Origin: Candidatus Aenigmatarchaeota archaeon
GTDB lineage: Archaea; Aenigmatarchaeota; Aenigmatarchaeia; GW2011-AR5; JAGGXF01
Direction: 5' to 3'
Assembly: GCA_021157845.1 (NCBI GenBank)
Contig: JAGGVU010000019.1
Span: 2,410-66,409, forward strand
Length of the DNA: 64,000 nucleotides
The position numbers and the translations under genes were made by a program. Below, piece by piece: positions 49,568 to 59,877 of this stretch (positions within the stretch are counted from its first letter, which is position 1; each line of letters begins with the position of its first letter). The notes beneath the pieces were generated by a model that saw only the letters and a list, made by a program, of their open reading frames with translations, did not search any database and was not told where the DNA came from.

Positions 49568-50745
49568 TGATAGTTATGATAGAAATCGGCTTGGTAGGAG
49601 TTCCATCATCTGGAAAAAGCACATTTTTCAAGGCAGCCACACTTAAAGATGTTAAGATAGCTTCTTATCCGTTTACAACAATAGAGCCAAATGAGGGGTT
49701 GGCCTATATATCTGTCAAATGCCCGTGTAAGGAGCTTGGACTGAGCTGTTCCTCCTGTATAGATGGTATAAGATTTATTCCAATTAAACTATGGGATGTT
49801 GCAGGGCTTGTTCCTGGCGCACATCTTGGGCGTGGTCATGGCAATGCGTTTTTGGACGATATAATGCAGGCATCTGCTCTTATCCATGTTTTAGATGTTT
49901 CAGGCGGAATAGATTCAGACGGTAACCCAACAGATAATTTTGATCCAGCCAAAAATATACAAATGTTAGAAGAAGAAATTACATACTGGCTTTTGGGAAT
50001 ATTTAAGAAAGATATTCATGCTTATCAAAAAAATCCAGAAAAGTTTAGCGAAATATTTTTAAAGCGCTTTAGCGGGCTTGGTATAACAAAGCAGCACCTT
50101 GATACAACACTTTCATTATCTGGCTTGACGGCAAAAGAACTTTTGGGTTTTGAAGATGAAAATTTGTTTAGATTTATAGATAAAATAAGACAGCTATCAA
50201 AGCCTATAATTATAGCTGCAAATAAAATTGATTTGTCCTCTGCCAAAAATAATTTTATCAGGTTAAAAAAAAGATTTAGCGAAAAAATTATAATTCCAAC
50301 ATCTGCTGAGTGTGAGTTAGCTCTACGTGAAGCATCCGCGAAGCAGATAATAGACTATCTGCCGGGTGCAGCCAGCTTTAAGATTAAGTCAGAAAATATC
50401 ACAGAGCAACAGAGGGAGGCCCTGGAATTTTTGAAAAATTTTTTAATTAAAAATGGCACAACCGGCGTGCAGAATTGTCTTAACAAAATAGTTTTTGACC
50501 TTTTGGATATGATAGTTGTCTATCCTGTTGAAGATGAAAATAAATTTGCACGAAAAGATGGCAAGGTATTGCCAGATGCCCTTTTGGTAAAAAGGGGGAC
50601 AACTGCCAGAGAATTGGCTTATAAGATTCACCAAGAAATAGGGGATAAATTTATAGCTGCTATTGATGCACGAACCAAGCAGCAGGTTTCTGCTGATTAT
50701 GTTTTAAAAAACAATGATATAATATCTATAAGAAGTGGCAGATAA
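49564..50745 (+). CDS. ychF: Archaeal YchF/Obg-family GTPase with TGS domain
   Basis: GVPSSGKST, YPFTTIEPN, DVAGLVPGA, NKID, TGS C-terminus. Confidence 0.92.
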   Translation: MMIVMIEIGLVGVPSSGKSTFFKAATLKDVKIASYPFTTIEPNEGLAYISVKCPCKELGLSCSSCIDGIRFIPIKLWDVAGLVPGAHLGRGHGNAFLDDIMQASALIHVLDVSGGIDSDGNPTDNFDPAKNIQMLEEEITYWLLGIFKKDIHAYQKNPEKFSEIFLKRFSGLGITKQHLDTTLSLSGLTAKELLGFEDENLFRFIDKIRQLSKPIIIAANKIDLSSAKNNFIRLKKRFSEKIIIPTSAECELALREASAKQIIDYLPGAASFKIKSENITEQQREALEFLKNFLIKNGTTGVQNCLNKIVFDLLDMIVVYPVEDENKFARKDGKVLPDALLVKRGTTARELAYKIHQEIGDKFIAAIDARTKQQVSADYVLKNNDIISIRSGR

Positions 50746-52436
50746 TGACATCAGAAATTTTTAAAAAAGAAGTTAAAAGACTACTGAAAGATAAGCTTCT
50801 AGTTGATAATTTAGAAACACCGAAGCTGGAAATAGGTGGAGATGTTGCTCTTCCATGTTTTTTCCTCGCTAAAAAAGAGAAAAAACCACCTTCTGAGATA
50901 GCCAAACGCTTGGCTAAAGATCTTTTGAAGAGGAACAGAAGCAAAATGATAAAAGATATACGCGCAGACGGGTCTTATGTTAATTTTTTTGCAGATAACT
51001 CAATTTTATCTTCTTATATTCTTAAGGTTATACTTGCTGAAAAAGAAAAATATGGCTCTTCTAATATTGGAAAGAGGAAAAGGGTTATGATAGAATTTTC
51101 AAATCCAAACCCCTGCAAAGCTATGCACATAGGTCACGCAAGAACTACGTTTTTAGGTGACGCCCAGTCGAGAATTATGTCTTTTGTAAATTATGATGTT
51201 ATAAGGGCGAATTATTTTAACGACGTTGGAAAACAGGTCGCAAAAGAAGTTTTGGCTTTTAAGTTGTGGGGAAATAAAAAACCAAAAAAGAAGCCAGACC
51301 AATGGCTTGCAGACCTTTATATCAGACTCCATAAGGAGGCGAAAAAAAATCCAGCTCTTTTGAAAGAGGCTCAAAATCTATTATATAAATTTGAGATGAC
51401 TAACGATAAAGCCCTTAAAAAAATATGGAAGCGAGTCGTCTCACTTGCTATAACTGGATTTAAAGAAACGTATAAAAATCTAGGTATAACATTTGATGTC
51501 AATATATTTGAGAGTGAACATAAAGCTCGGGGAAAAGAATTGGTGAAAAGAGCCTTGAAAAAAGGTGTAGCTTTCATAAGCGATGAAAAAACAGTTGTGG
51601 TTGATCTGAAAAAATACGGATTACCTTCCTTTGTTATACTAAGGTCTGATGGAACTGGTGTATATTATACAAGCGATCTAGGTGTGACTGAGTATAAATT
51701 CAAAAAATTTAAGCTGGATAAAGCGGTTTGGGTTGTTGGCGAGGATCAAAAACTGTATTTTAAGCAGTTATTTAAATTGCTAGAGCTCCTTGGATACAAA
51801 TGGGCAAAAAATTGCGTTCACATGTCCTATGGTTTAGTAACCATAAAACATGGAAAAATGTCGTCACGCGCAGGAACATTTGTAACAATAGACGACGTGA
51901 TTGATAAGGTTACCAAGTTGGCCAAAAAAGAAATAGAAAAAAAGAACCCAGCATTAAAAAACAAAGAAAAAATTGCTAACGATATCGGGATAGGCGCGTT
52001 TAAGTTTGCGATTCTGAAGGCAGAGCCAAATAGAGTTGTAGATTTTGATTTGAATGAAATTACAAAATTTGAGGGTAATACAGGCCCATATGTGCAATAT
52101 ACTCATGTTCGTGCGTGCTCCATATTAAAAAAAGCCCGTAAAATTCCAAATGTAAAATTGCTAAACTTTTCTTCTTTTAATGAGAAGGAAGCAAACATAG
52201 TAAAAAAACTTGGCGATTTTCCACTTATTGTAAAAAAAGCATGTGAGGAATACAAGCCATATCTCATAGCCAACTATCTCTTAGATTTATCATCTTTATT
52301 TAACGATTTTTATCACGCATGCAAAGTCATAGGAACAGCTGAAGAAGAAAAAAGATTGTGCATAGTTAAGGGAGTTCAAATAGTTATTCAAAACGGTCTT
52401 AGGCTGCTGGGTATAAAAGCCCTAGAAAATATGTAA
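50745..52436 (+). CDS. argS: Arginyl-tRNA synthetase
   Basis: EFSNPN..MHIGH, RSDGT..Y, KMSSR, GNTGPYVQY. Confidence 0.97.
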   Translation: MTSEIFKKEVKRLLKDKLLVDNLETPKLEIGGDVALPCFFLAKKEKKPPSEIAKRLAKDLLKRNRSKMIKDIRADGSYVNFFADNSILSSYILKVILAEKEKYGSSNIGKRKRVMIEFSNPNPCKAMHIGHARTTFLGDAQSRIMSFVNYDVIRANYFNDVGKQVAKEVLAFKLWGNKKPKKKPDQWLADLYIRLHKEAKKNPALLKEAQNLLYKFEMTNDKALKKIWKRVVSLAITGFKETYKNLGITFDVNIFESEHKARGKELVKRALKKGVAFISDEKTVVVDLKKYGLPSFVILRSDGTGVYYTSDLGVTEYKFKKFKLDKAVWVVGEDQKLYFKQLFKLLELLGYKWAKNCVHMSYGLVTIKHGKMSSRAGTFVTIDDVIDKVTKLAKKEIEKKNPALKNKEKIANDIGIGAFKFAILKAEPNRVVDFDLNEITKFEGNTGPYVQYTHVRACSILKKARKIPNVKLLNFSSFNEKEANIVKKLGDFPLIVKKACEEYKPYLIANYLLDLSSLFNDFYHACKVIGTAEEEKRLCIVKGVQIVIQNGLRLLGIKALENM

Positions 52437-52439
52437 ATA

Positions 52440-52946
52440 TTAACGCTTTCTATATAAAAATACAATTTCCATTTCTTTACTTTCTATTGTAAATTCCTTG
52501 ATGAGATCGAGGTCTTTCATTTGCTGTTTTATTTTTTTTATTTTTCTGCCTTTATTTTCTCGGTTGCAAAATGTAGACAATAATAAATATCCATGGTTCT
52601 TCAGGACGCGTTTTATTTCTTTTACATTTTTTATAAGATGTATTGTATCGAGGCAAATTATAAATCCGAATATATTATCTTTAAACGGAAGAGAATTCGC
52701 GTCAGCTATTACATTTTTTAGTTTCACCTTTTGGTTTTTTATCATATTAACATTTTTATCAACGCCTATTATATTTTTTATTTCAATTCCACGCTTTTGT
52801 AAAAATTCTTCAAAAATTCCAGATCCAATCCCGATATCGGCTGTCGGCAGTTTAAGAAGCGGCCGAATATCTATATTTTTGACTATTTGTTTGTATTTTT
52901 CGTTTTGTATAGGTTTCCACGAATTATATATTTTATCTGAATACAT
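52440..52946 (-). CDS. Class I SAM-dependent methyltransferase
   Basis: DIGIGSG, ADANSLPFKDNIF, RVLK. Confidence 0.85.
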   Translation of the reverse strand: MYSDKIYNSWKPIQNEKYKQIVKNIDIRPLLKLPTADIGIGSGIFEEFLQKRGIEIKNIIGVDKNVNMIKNQKVKLKNVIADANSLPFKDNIFGFIICLDTIHLIKNVKEIKRVLKNHGYLLLSTFCNRENKGRKIKKIKQQMKDLDLIKEFTIESKEMEIVFLYRKR

Positions 52947-52948
52947 AA

Positions 52949-53428
52949 CTATGATGCCAAAGAATTAAATATAGATAATTCTCTTTTTGTAAGTATTTGT
53001 CCGTTTTTTCCATCTATATTGAAGGAATTAATAATCGCTGTTGGATATAAAAGAATATTGACCGTCCAGACATGTTTTTTTAGTTCGCTGTCAAATCTGC
53101 CAATTATTATTATTTTTTTTGTCTTTATCTTGGGATATTTCTTTTTTATATTATTAATTGCAGCAATGGCAGTTATCTTCAATTGGTTTACGTCAATTTC
53201 TTTGGCTTTTTTAATAGCTTTCGATGTTCCCTCAATTTTAGCTTCTTTGTTAACATTTATTGTTATTATTTCATTTTTTTGAGGATTTAAGAAATGAAGT
53301 TTCCAATAGCTTATGCTTTTTGCCTCAATGGTCTCAGCTATCGTCAGCCCAGATACCAAATAAAATCCAGAATGTTTTAGATATTTAAATTTCTCTTCAG
53401 CTTTTTCAACTGCTTCTCTTAATTTCAA
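52949..53428 (-). CDS. Hypothetical protein (possible PepSY-like repeats)
   Basis: 159 aa; IT...AI...W.V...IDGKNGQIL pattern. Confidence 0.65.
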   Translation of the reverse strand: MKLREAVEKAEEKFKYLKHSGFYLVSGLTIAETIEAKSISYWKLHFLNPQKNEIITINVNKEAKIEGTSKAIKKAKEIDVNQLKITAIAAINNIKKKYPKIKTKKIIIIGRFDSELKKHVWTVNILLYPTAIINSFNIDGKNGQILTKRELSIFNSLAS

Positions 53429-53492
53429 CTAAAACACCAAATAATAATTATAAAAATAATAAAAATAAAAAGAATACTAAAACAGGAGCTAT

Positions 53493-53729
53493 TTAAACTT
53501 CTTTTAGTTTTTCAGAAATAAAGTTTACTACTTCATTTTCCAAAGGAACTGTGAAAGACCTTTTATATCGTCTTGTTCCATCAGGCAAGAAAAATCCTCT
53601 TGAAAGGGAAATAAACTCATTTTCTCCTTCTTCTGTTATTGCCTTCTTTCTTGCTACTTCGATGAAGTTGTTGTTTCCAAATTTTACTTCTTCCGATTTT
53701 ATGGTTTGAAATTCTACCATTTTTTTCAC
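53493..53729 (-). CDS. Small conserved-looking protein (PC4-like fold suspected)
   Basis: Beta-rich FIEVARK..FISLSRGFF..SFTVP then a helix; ATG near 53720 likely. Confidence 0.75.
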   Translation of the reverse strand: MKKMVEFQTIKSEEVKFGNNNFIEVARKKAITEEGENEFISLSRGFFLPDGTRRYKRSFTVPLENEVVNFISEKLKEV

Positions 53730-53876
53730 ATCCTTTTATTTTTTATATTTATAATGAAGAGAAAGACTTTAAAAGGTTTCCTTTTTTGGTTATGCTTAGT
53801 GAGCATCTGATTAAAATAAAGTCCATTGAGCATATGGTTTTGGCTCAAAAGATATTTTATCTAAAAATATCTTCAG

Positions 53877-53909
53877 AAGATGTGTTGAATAGTTAAAACA
53901 TAAATGCAT
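53877..53909. repeat. Dispersed intergenic repeat, copy 1
   Basis: Matches 62645-62681 with two substitutions and a 4-nt indel. Confidence 0.6.
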
Positions 53910-54028
53910 CAGGTAGACTTACTGCTGGTATAACACCATTGGTCTGAGTTCATATCTGGCAAGAAATTGAACGAGAGGAATATCGAAAAGTTCAGGCGAC
54001 GAACCGATGCTGACCTTTACATAGCCAT

Positions 54029-55066
54029 CTACTCTGCATCCTCATTAAACCACTTCCTGATTACATCTTCAGCAGGCTTAGTTCTATATTCCCAACCCTT
54101 ATATACTGGGAAGAAATATCCGTCTACATCATTCCACGTTATATTGAAAAACATGTCATAAAACTCAGCCTGTGATTCAGGAGAAACAGTAAAAAAATCT
54201 TCTGGCCACCCATCTGAATTATTTTTCATGTTCTTTGGAGCAATTGGCTCCCACCAGTAATAATCTGGCCCTGTAAAAGCACCGGCGTTGAAGAAGAGAT
54301 ATTTGAATCCCGGGTAGTTTAATTTAAGTGCTAAAAATTCTTCATTAATCATTTCTTCGATCCACTCTGGATGGTCAGCAATATCCTTTGTGCACGTAAG
54401 CCCACCATCTGCAAGATAATCATACTCTGTTAGGTTATACAGATGATCTTTGGCACCCTGAACTTCAAAAACTATCTTTCCTCTGTATTTTTCTCTAATC
54501 TTGGGCAATATTTCCTGTGCCCATTCAGAAACATCATTATCGTTTTTATAAGCTAGCATTTGCGGTTCATTCACAGGGCAAAACATCTCGACACCATATT
54601 CTTCAGCAATAGCTGACCAATTCAGTATAAGAGCTGTGAGTTTATCTAATAAAACTCTTCCCTTTCCTTCTGGAGAATTTGGATCTATTTTACTATCCGG
54701 ATTTGCGGGATTTAAGATTAACAATGTCCTGATGTCATTTTTGTGAAAGTCGTTTATTGAATTCTTTATCTCATTTTCATCTTCACAAATATAGAAATTA
54801 TCATCTTTCTCATTTTTGCATACTTTAATCCCGATTGCGACGATGTTTATACCATCTAGCTTAAGATTATCAATGTCGCCTAAAGCTATCCGAACTTCCC
54901 TTAAAAAGGGCATCCATATTCCTTTATATTTTGTTATACTCGTATCAGAAGGTTTGATAATGACAGAACCTTCGGTGACCTCACTTGTTTGCTTTGTTAA
55001 AAAATAGAAGCCGGCTGTAGCCATAGCCACAATGAGCAAAAGCAAAATCGTTAATTTATTTTTCAT
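54029..55066 (-). CDS. Membrane-anchored or secreted TIM-barrel glycoside hydrolase-like protein (clan GH-A)
   Basis: N-terminal TM, AEEYGVEMFCPVNEP, IREKYRGKI, QAEFY, KPAEDVIRKWF. Confidence 0.7.
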   Translation of the reverse strand: MKNKLTILLLLIVAMATAGFYFLTKQTSEVTEGSVIIKPSDTSITKYKGIWMPFLREVRIALGDIDNLKLDGINIVAIGIKVCKNEKDDNFYICEDENEIKNSINDFHKNDIRTLLILNPANPDSKIDPNSPEGKGRVLLDKLTALILNWSAIAEEYGVEMFCPVNEPQMLAYKNDNDVSEWAQEILPKIREKYRGKIVFEVQGAKDHLYNLTEYDYLADGGLTCTKDIADHPEWIEEMINEEFLALKLNYPGFKYLFFNAGAFTGPDYYWWEPIAPKNMKNNSDGWPEDFFTVSPESQAEFYDMFFNITWNDVDGYFFPVYKGWEYRTKPAEDVIRKWFNEDAE

Positions 55067-55129
55067 ATTAAAATCTTATGCAAATTTCTTTTAAAACTTT
55101 CTTTTAGTGCAGCTTCTGAGAGTCTACAA

Positions 55130-56989
55130 CTAGCAACTGCTGTCAAAAAAATTTTTTATGTGATGGTCGGGATGTTTTGTTATTATAGCTCTGAAATCAG
55201 ATGGAAATATTTTCTTATAATTGCCCCACACATACCGCTTATCCATAAAAATGACAACGCCTCTATCAGTTTCTGACCTTATACATCGGCCAGCAGCTTG
55301 CATAGCTTTTATCATGGCCGGATATATGTACGCATAGTCCCACCCTTTTGTAAATTTTTTGTCGTAATAATCTATTATTGCCTTGGTTTCTAATGTCGGC
55401 TTTGAAAGAGGTATTCCCACAATTATTACTGCTCTTAGAAACTTACCTGGAAGGTCTATTCCTTGATCAAAAGACCCGCCTATCACTCCGAACAATGCAG
55501 CACCTTTGTCAGCATAGGAGACAAATTCATCTATAAGATTTTTTCTTTCTTCCTTAGTTGCATCTTTCTTTTCCAATATTATCTCTCTATTTATTTCAGA
55601 GGCCGTGAGAATTGTATAATAAATTTTGTTTCTCATCTCATAGCTAGGAAAAAATACAGCTACATTTCCAGGCACAGTATTGATGCACCTTATTAGATAA
55701 TTTGCTATTTTTTTATATTCATTTTCATTTCTATTTTCATATTTTGTTGTCACATCAGTTAGTATAAGGTTAAGTCTGCTTTTTGCTGGAAAAGACGAGT
55801 GGTATTCTTTTTTTAGTGTTCGCCTCTTTTCCAGTCCCAGAAGATCTTCATACATATTCATCGGTTTTAGCGTTCCTGACATCAAAATGGCAGAATGTAC
55901 ATCATTAAAAATATCTTTCGATATAATAGAGGGGTCGAGACAACTATATGTCAATACTATTTTATTATCTGTTTTTGTTATTATTCTTGTATATCCAAGG
56001 TCGTCTCCAAGCCATCTCTCAAGGAAATTTCCAACAGAGCCTATAAATGATTTCTTTTTTTCTTCTCTTATCTCGTTACCTGCAACATGAAATTTTTCAA
56101 TAAGTGAGTAGTAGTCATCAATTTCTTCCACCAGCTTTATAAATACATCTTTCTTAATATATGCTTCTTCATCAGACCTTCCCGCAAGTTTTGTAATTAC
56201 TTTTTCAAGTTCTTGCAGATTTTCCTTTATTATAGGTGCTTCAAATTCTTCTGCCTCTTTCATAGCAGCTTTCAGCAAAAAGGAAGAGAGCTTTAAGGTA
56301 AGGAGCGATCTTATTCTGTTTGGAAGGTTATGTGCTTCGTCTATTACTAATATAATATCACCCAACGGCTTTTCTACGTTTTCCAATATTGGCGCACTTG
56401 CCGAGGAAAATATATGAAAATAATCTGCTACTATGACATTTGCTTCTTTTGCCATTCTCATCGTAAGTTCATATGGGCACAGGCGTTCATCCTTACAATA
56501 GTAATAAACATCTTCTGTGTGGAGAGGCTGCTTTATTTTTAGGTTCCTGATTACATTTCTGGCTTTTTTTCTTAGCTTGCCGTCTTTTATCGTATTTTTA
56601 TAAAACATACACTTATTATCTTTTCGCATAATTTTGCAATATTCTGTAAAATCGCTATTTGATAATTTATCTATATAAGGAACAGGACAGAGCCATTTTT
56701 TACCTATCAGGTCAACGGCAATGAAATCTTCATCAGAGGAATTTTTAATCATCTTCAACGTTTCTATTGCTAAGAGATGCTGAGAATGTCTGGGTGTTAG
56801 AAAGAAAATAATTTTTTCATTGTCTAGTGCATATTTTAATGCTGGTGCGAGAACAGCCACTGTTTTTCCTATCCCGGTAGGCGCATGTGCCAATAATATT
56901 TTTTTGTTCGCCAGACATAAATTAACATCGTTGAGAAATTCTTTTTGGCCCGGTCTGATTTTTTTAAACGGAAAGAAAGATGTACGCAT
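55130..56989 (-). CDS. xpd: XPD/Rad3-family Fe-S helicase
   Basis: RPGQ, APTGIGKT, Cys cluster, DEAHNL, MSGTL, QAAGRCIR. Confidence 0.92.
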   Translation of the reverse strand: MRTSFFPFKKIRPGQKEFLNDVNLCLANKKILLAHAPTGIGKTVAVLAPALKYALDNEKIIFFLTPRHSQHLLAIETLKMIKNSSDEDFIAVDLIGKKWLCPVPYIDKLSNSDFTEYCKIMRKDNKCMFYKNTIKDGKLRKKARNVIRNLKIKQPLHTEDVYYYCKDERLCPYELTMRMAKEANVIVADYFHIFSSASAPILENVEKPLGDIILVIDEAHNLPNRIRSLLTLKLSSFLLKAAMKEAEEFEAPIIKENLQELEKVITKLAGRSDEEAYIKKDVFIKLVEEIDDYYSLIEKFHVAGNEIREEKKKSFIGSVGNFLERWLGDDLGYTRIITKTDNKIVLTYSCLDPSIISKDIFNDVHSAILMSGTLKPMNMYEDLLGLEKRRTLKKEYHSSFPAKSRLNLILTDVTTKYENRNENEYKKIANYLIRCINTVPGNVAVFFPSYEMRNKIYYTILTASEINREIILEKKDATKEERKNLIDEFVSYADKGAALFGVIGGSFDQGIDLPGKFLRAVIIVGIPLSKPTLETKAIIDYYDKKFTKGWDYAYIYPAMIKAMQAAGRCIRSETDRGVVIFMDKRYVWGNYKKIFPSDFRAIITKHPDHHIKNFFDSSC

Positions 56990-57048
56990 GGTAATAGATT
57001 TTGTTTAACGTATTTAAATTTATAACTATGAGTTTAATAGTGATTTAC

Positions 57049-57318
57049 ATGAATTATAAGAAGAATGAAGCCGATGATGAAATTTCGCTTCTGGATATGA
57101 AGCCAGGATATGCGACGATAAAAGAGATTCGCGGCGGCATAGGAATGAGACAACGATTAACTAAAATGGGCATACAAATAGATGAATATGTCAGGAAATT
57201 ACCATCACGGATTGGTCCATGCTTGGTAGAAGTTAAGGGCAGCCAGATAGCTATCGGGCGCGGAATAGCAAATAAAATAATTATGGATAAAAATTCTTAT
57301 AAGAAGACGATGGATTAA
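57049..57318 (+). CDS. feoA: FeoA domain protein
   Basis: RQRLTKMGI, GPCLVEVKGSQIAIGRGIA. Confidence 0.88.
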   Translation: MNYKKNEADDEISLLDMKPGYATIKEIRGGIGMRQRLTKMGIQIDEYVRKLPSRIGPCLVEVKGSQIAIGRGIANKIIMDKNSYKKTMD

Positions 57319-57645
57319 TTAGTCAAGGATTTTCGGTAATCCCAGTGAAAGAAGTGAGATGCAATCATTTTCTATTTTTGGCAATCCTATAGAAAGAACT
57401 GATATATCTTCATAAGTTGTCCATGGAGGAATAATTATGTCAACCTCTTTACCATTAATATCTTTTTTACCGATTACAGCTAAATATCCTTCGCCGGTTT
57501 TTTCTTTGGTTTGCGTGTAAAATGCAATTGCTCTGTTAATAAGCTCTCCCACGCTAATACCTTCTTCTTCTGCTTTCTTTACGAGATATCCATTATCCTG
57601 AAACCTTATTTCTTCATTTGGGAACTTCAGGGTATACATTGTCAT
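57319..57645 (-). CDS. Hypothetical protein (RHH-like N-terminus)
   Basis: LVKKAEEEGISVGELINRAI. Confidence 0.55.
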   Translation of the reverse strand: MTMYTLKFPNEEIRFQDNGYLVKKAEEEGISVGELINRAIAFYTQTKEKTGEGYLAVIGKKDINGKEVDIIIPPWTTYEDISVLSIGLPKIENDCISLLSLGLPKILD

Positions 57646-57665
57646 CTTATCACACTACTATTTAT

Positions 57666-58859
57666 TCAATAATCTTTTAATGTCTTTTGTTTTAACTGTC
57701 TCAGAAGCCAGCTTTTTTCTGTCCATTGCGGAATTTTTCTTGTATATTTTATTACGTTTTCCAAGCTTTTAAATTTTATTGCTTTTTTATTAAAGCAACC
57801 CCTTACAGTTTCGCGAACCACCCACACGCCAAGCGGAATAAAATATTCGTCTGATATTTTTCTTAATATCAGCACAGATGCCTGCCTTTTTATTTTATTT
57901 AAATATTCTGCAACACCAAGCCGGGCTGCGTAATAACCGCCTGTGACATTTGATGCATAATTTTTTCTGCCAAAATAGGCTTCATAATCCTGACTGATAA
58001 AGTATTCATTTCTTCTATTCCATACAGAATTCTTTTTCCAGAATTCCATGATTTCAAAGCTCCACAAAGATGGAACTAAGATTATAAGAAAATAGTTTCC
58101 CAGATAGCTATTTTCAAATATTTGGTACTCGTTTATGAGTGGATATTTTTTTATATTTTCAATAAGATTCTTGGATATAACATCATCTGTTGCTGTTATA
58201 GACCAGCGGGTTGGAACAATCTTTTTTTGTGTCTTTGTGCCAAGCAGACCGGCTGAGAATATTTTTTGTATTTGGTTAATATCTGTCAATTTATAGAGTT
58301 TGGTTAGTTGCTCTTCTGCCTTTAAATCATCTCTGACAACATATTCAATTTTTGATGATATTTTTGTGTTTTCGGTTATTACGATTTTTTTTAACTTAGC
58401 AGATGAGCCAATTGGTGCCGTTCTTGTGTCCAAAGATACAACTATCTTTGGTCTTTTACTAAGGATTATTTCACTGGTAACTGGTCTTTTTGCAAGAGCC
58501 ACTTCTTGTACAACTTCTAAAAATTTTTTATCTAGTTTAGCCGGCTTTATGTTTCCTGGTTTTTTGGAGTTTATTAGTTGGTACCTTGTTTCAAGAACAC
58601 TTTGTATCTCATATCTTTTCTTATACCAATAGTCTGGGCTATCCATCGTCCAAGAATTTTTATCTACAACCGGCGGACCAACAATTCCTATATTTACATT
58701 CGGGTATGAATATGTTCCAACAAATACTGAAGGTAATGAGCTGTTGAAATTTTCTTTCACAGATTTGACTTTTTGAACGGAATCAGCAATTCTTTTTAGA
58801 ATTTTACACGGCTTTCCGCACAGACCCTTTCCTTTGCAACGTATACACAGATAATCCAT
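57666..58859 (-). CDS. nreA: Archaeal DNA repair protein Nre
   Basis: CIRCKGKGLCGKPC, VPTRWSITATD, GGYYAARL, C-terminal PIP box QKTLKDY. Confidence 0.92.
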   Translation of the reverse strand: MDYLCIRCKGKGLCGKPCKILKRIADSVQKVKSVKENFNSSLPSVFVGTYSYPNVNIGIVGPPVVDKNSWTMDSPDYWYKKRYEIQSVLETRYQLINSKKPGNIKPAKLDKKFLEVVQEVALAKRPVTSEIILSKRPKIVVSLDTRTAPIGSSAKLKKIVITENTKISSKIEYVVRDDLKAEEQLTKLYKLTDINQIQKIFSAGLLGTKTQKKIVPTRWSITATDDVISKNLIENIKKYPLINEYQIFENSYLGNYFLIILVPSLWSFEIMEFWKKNSVWNRRNEYFISQDYEAYFGRKNYASNVTGGYYAARLGVAEYLNKIKRQASVLILRKISDEYFIPLGVWVVRETVRGCFNKKAIKFKSLENVIKYTRKIPQWTEKSWLLRQLKQKTLKDY

Positions 58860-58890
58860 AATAATGAGCCATGAGAAAAATAAATAAAGT

Positions 58891-59877
58891 TCAATACCAG
58901 ATGGTTCTTGTAAGATGGTGTGGTTTTTTTATTTCGCCATTTCTTCCCACACTCCATAGAGCATAATCTACATGAAGCGCATTCACATTATAGTCAGAGT
59001 CAATTTCTTTTATTAACTTATCTGCTGCATGAATGGTGGCTGCCCTAATTTCTAGTTCTTCCCTTGAGCCAGCATCTATTGGGATTTTATTGTCGACCTT
59101 TTCTCTCAATTCTTTGGTATAGTTAAGCATTTTCATTTCTCGCAATGCTTTGGGCAGTTCATAATCAGCAAATACTGTTAGTTTGTCAATATCTTGAAAT
59201 GGTTTTTTGTCCTGCAATCTTCCATAAATCATTCCAGCAGCCAGCTGTGCCCTTTTATTAAAGTGAACTATTCTTGCGCGGATTCCATCATAGGCCACAC
59301 ACGAATCATTATATGATGGAAAATCATTTACCAGCCTTTCTACAAATCCATCTCCATTGTTAAAAAGCTTTCCATTTGCTTTGTCAAATAAATTATAAAA
59401 GTGTCCGCCGTATTTATCTACAAGAATTTCACCGGCTTCTTGAAGAATTATTTGTCTTTCCTCCAGCATTGGCATCGGCGGATTGCCAGCAAATATTTTT
59501 TCAACATCTTTTTTTGTTAATGCCTTCAGATAATCTCCGCAAAGTATTTGTTCATCTGTTTCTTTCAACGCTCTTTTAAGAGCAGCCCACATGCCGAATG
59601 CTCCGAACCAATGGCCATTATAGTTGACAGAGAATGTTTCGCCGGTTTCAAAATCTGTAAAAGCAAAATTTACAAGATTTCCGACACACAAGAAATCTAC
59701 TATTGTTTCGATATCATCAGTTTCAGGAAAAACAGGCGCATCCCACCTTGGTATTTTTAGTTCCTCTTTCGCGAATTCTTTACCCACCTCTTTGACTTTA
59801 TGGTTGTTTATAAAAACGTATTTTGGATGTTCCACCAAAAATCTTGTCGATTCCAAAACGTTATTCATGTTTACCAT
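58891..59877 (-). CDS. Queuosine salvage family protein (DUF2419/Qng1-like)
   Basis: FPSYND, FNKRAQL, LTVFADYELPKALR, ELEIRAATI, VDYALW, PHHLTRTIWY. Confidence 0.9.
   Translation of the reverse strand: MVNMNNVLESTRFLVEHPKYVFINNHKVKEVGKEFAKEELKIPRWDAPVFPETDDIETIVDFLCVGNLVNFAFTDFETGETFSVNYNGHWFGAFGMWAALKRALKETDEQILCGDYLKALTKKDVEKIFAGNPPMPMLEERQIILQEAGEILVDKYGGHFYNLFDKANGKLFNNGDGFVERLVNDFPSYNDSCVAYDGIRARIVHFNKRAQLAAGMIYGRLQDKKPFQDIDKLTVFADYELPKALREMKMLNYTKELREKVDNKIPIDAGSREELEIRAATIHAADKLIKEIDSDYNVNALHVDYALWSVGRNGEIKKPHHLTRTIWY

Noticed and set aside
53967..54161. 64-aa plus-strand ORF
   Set aside because: Mostly antisense to the glycoside-hydrolase-like gene; TTG start and no motif
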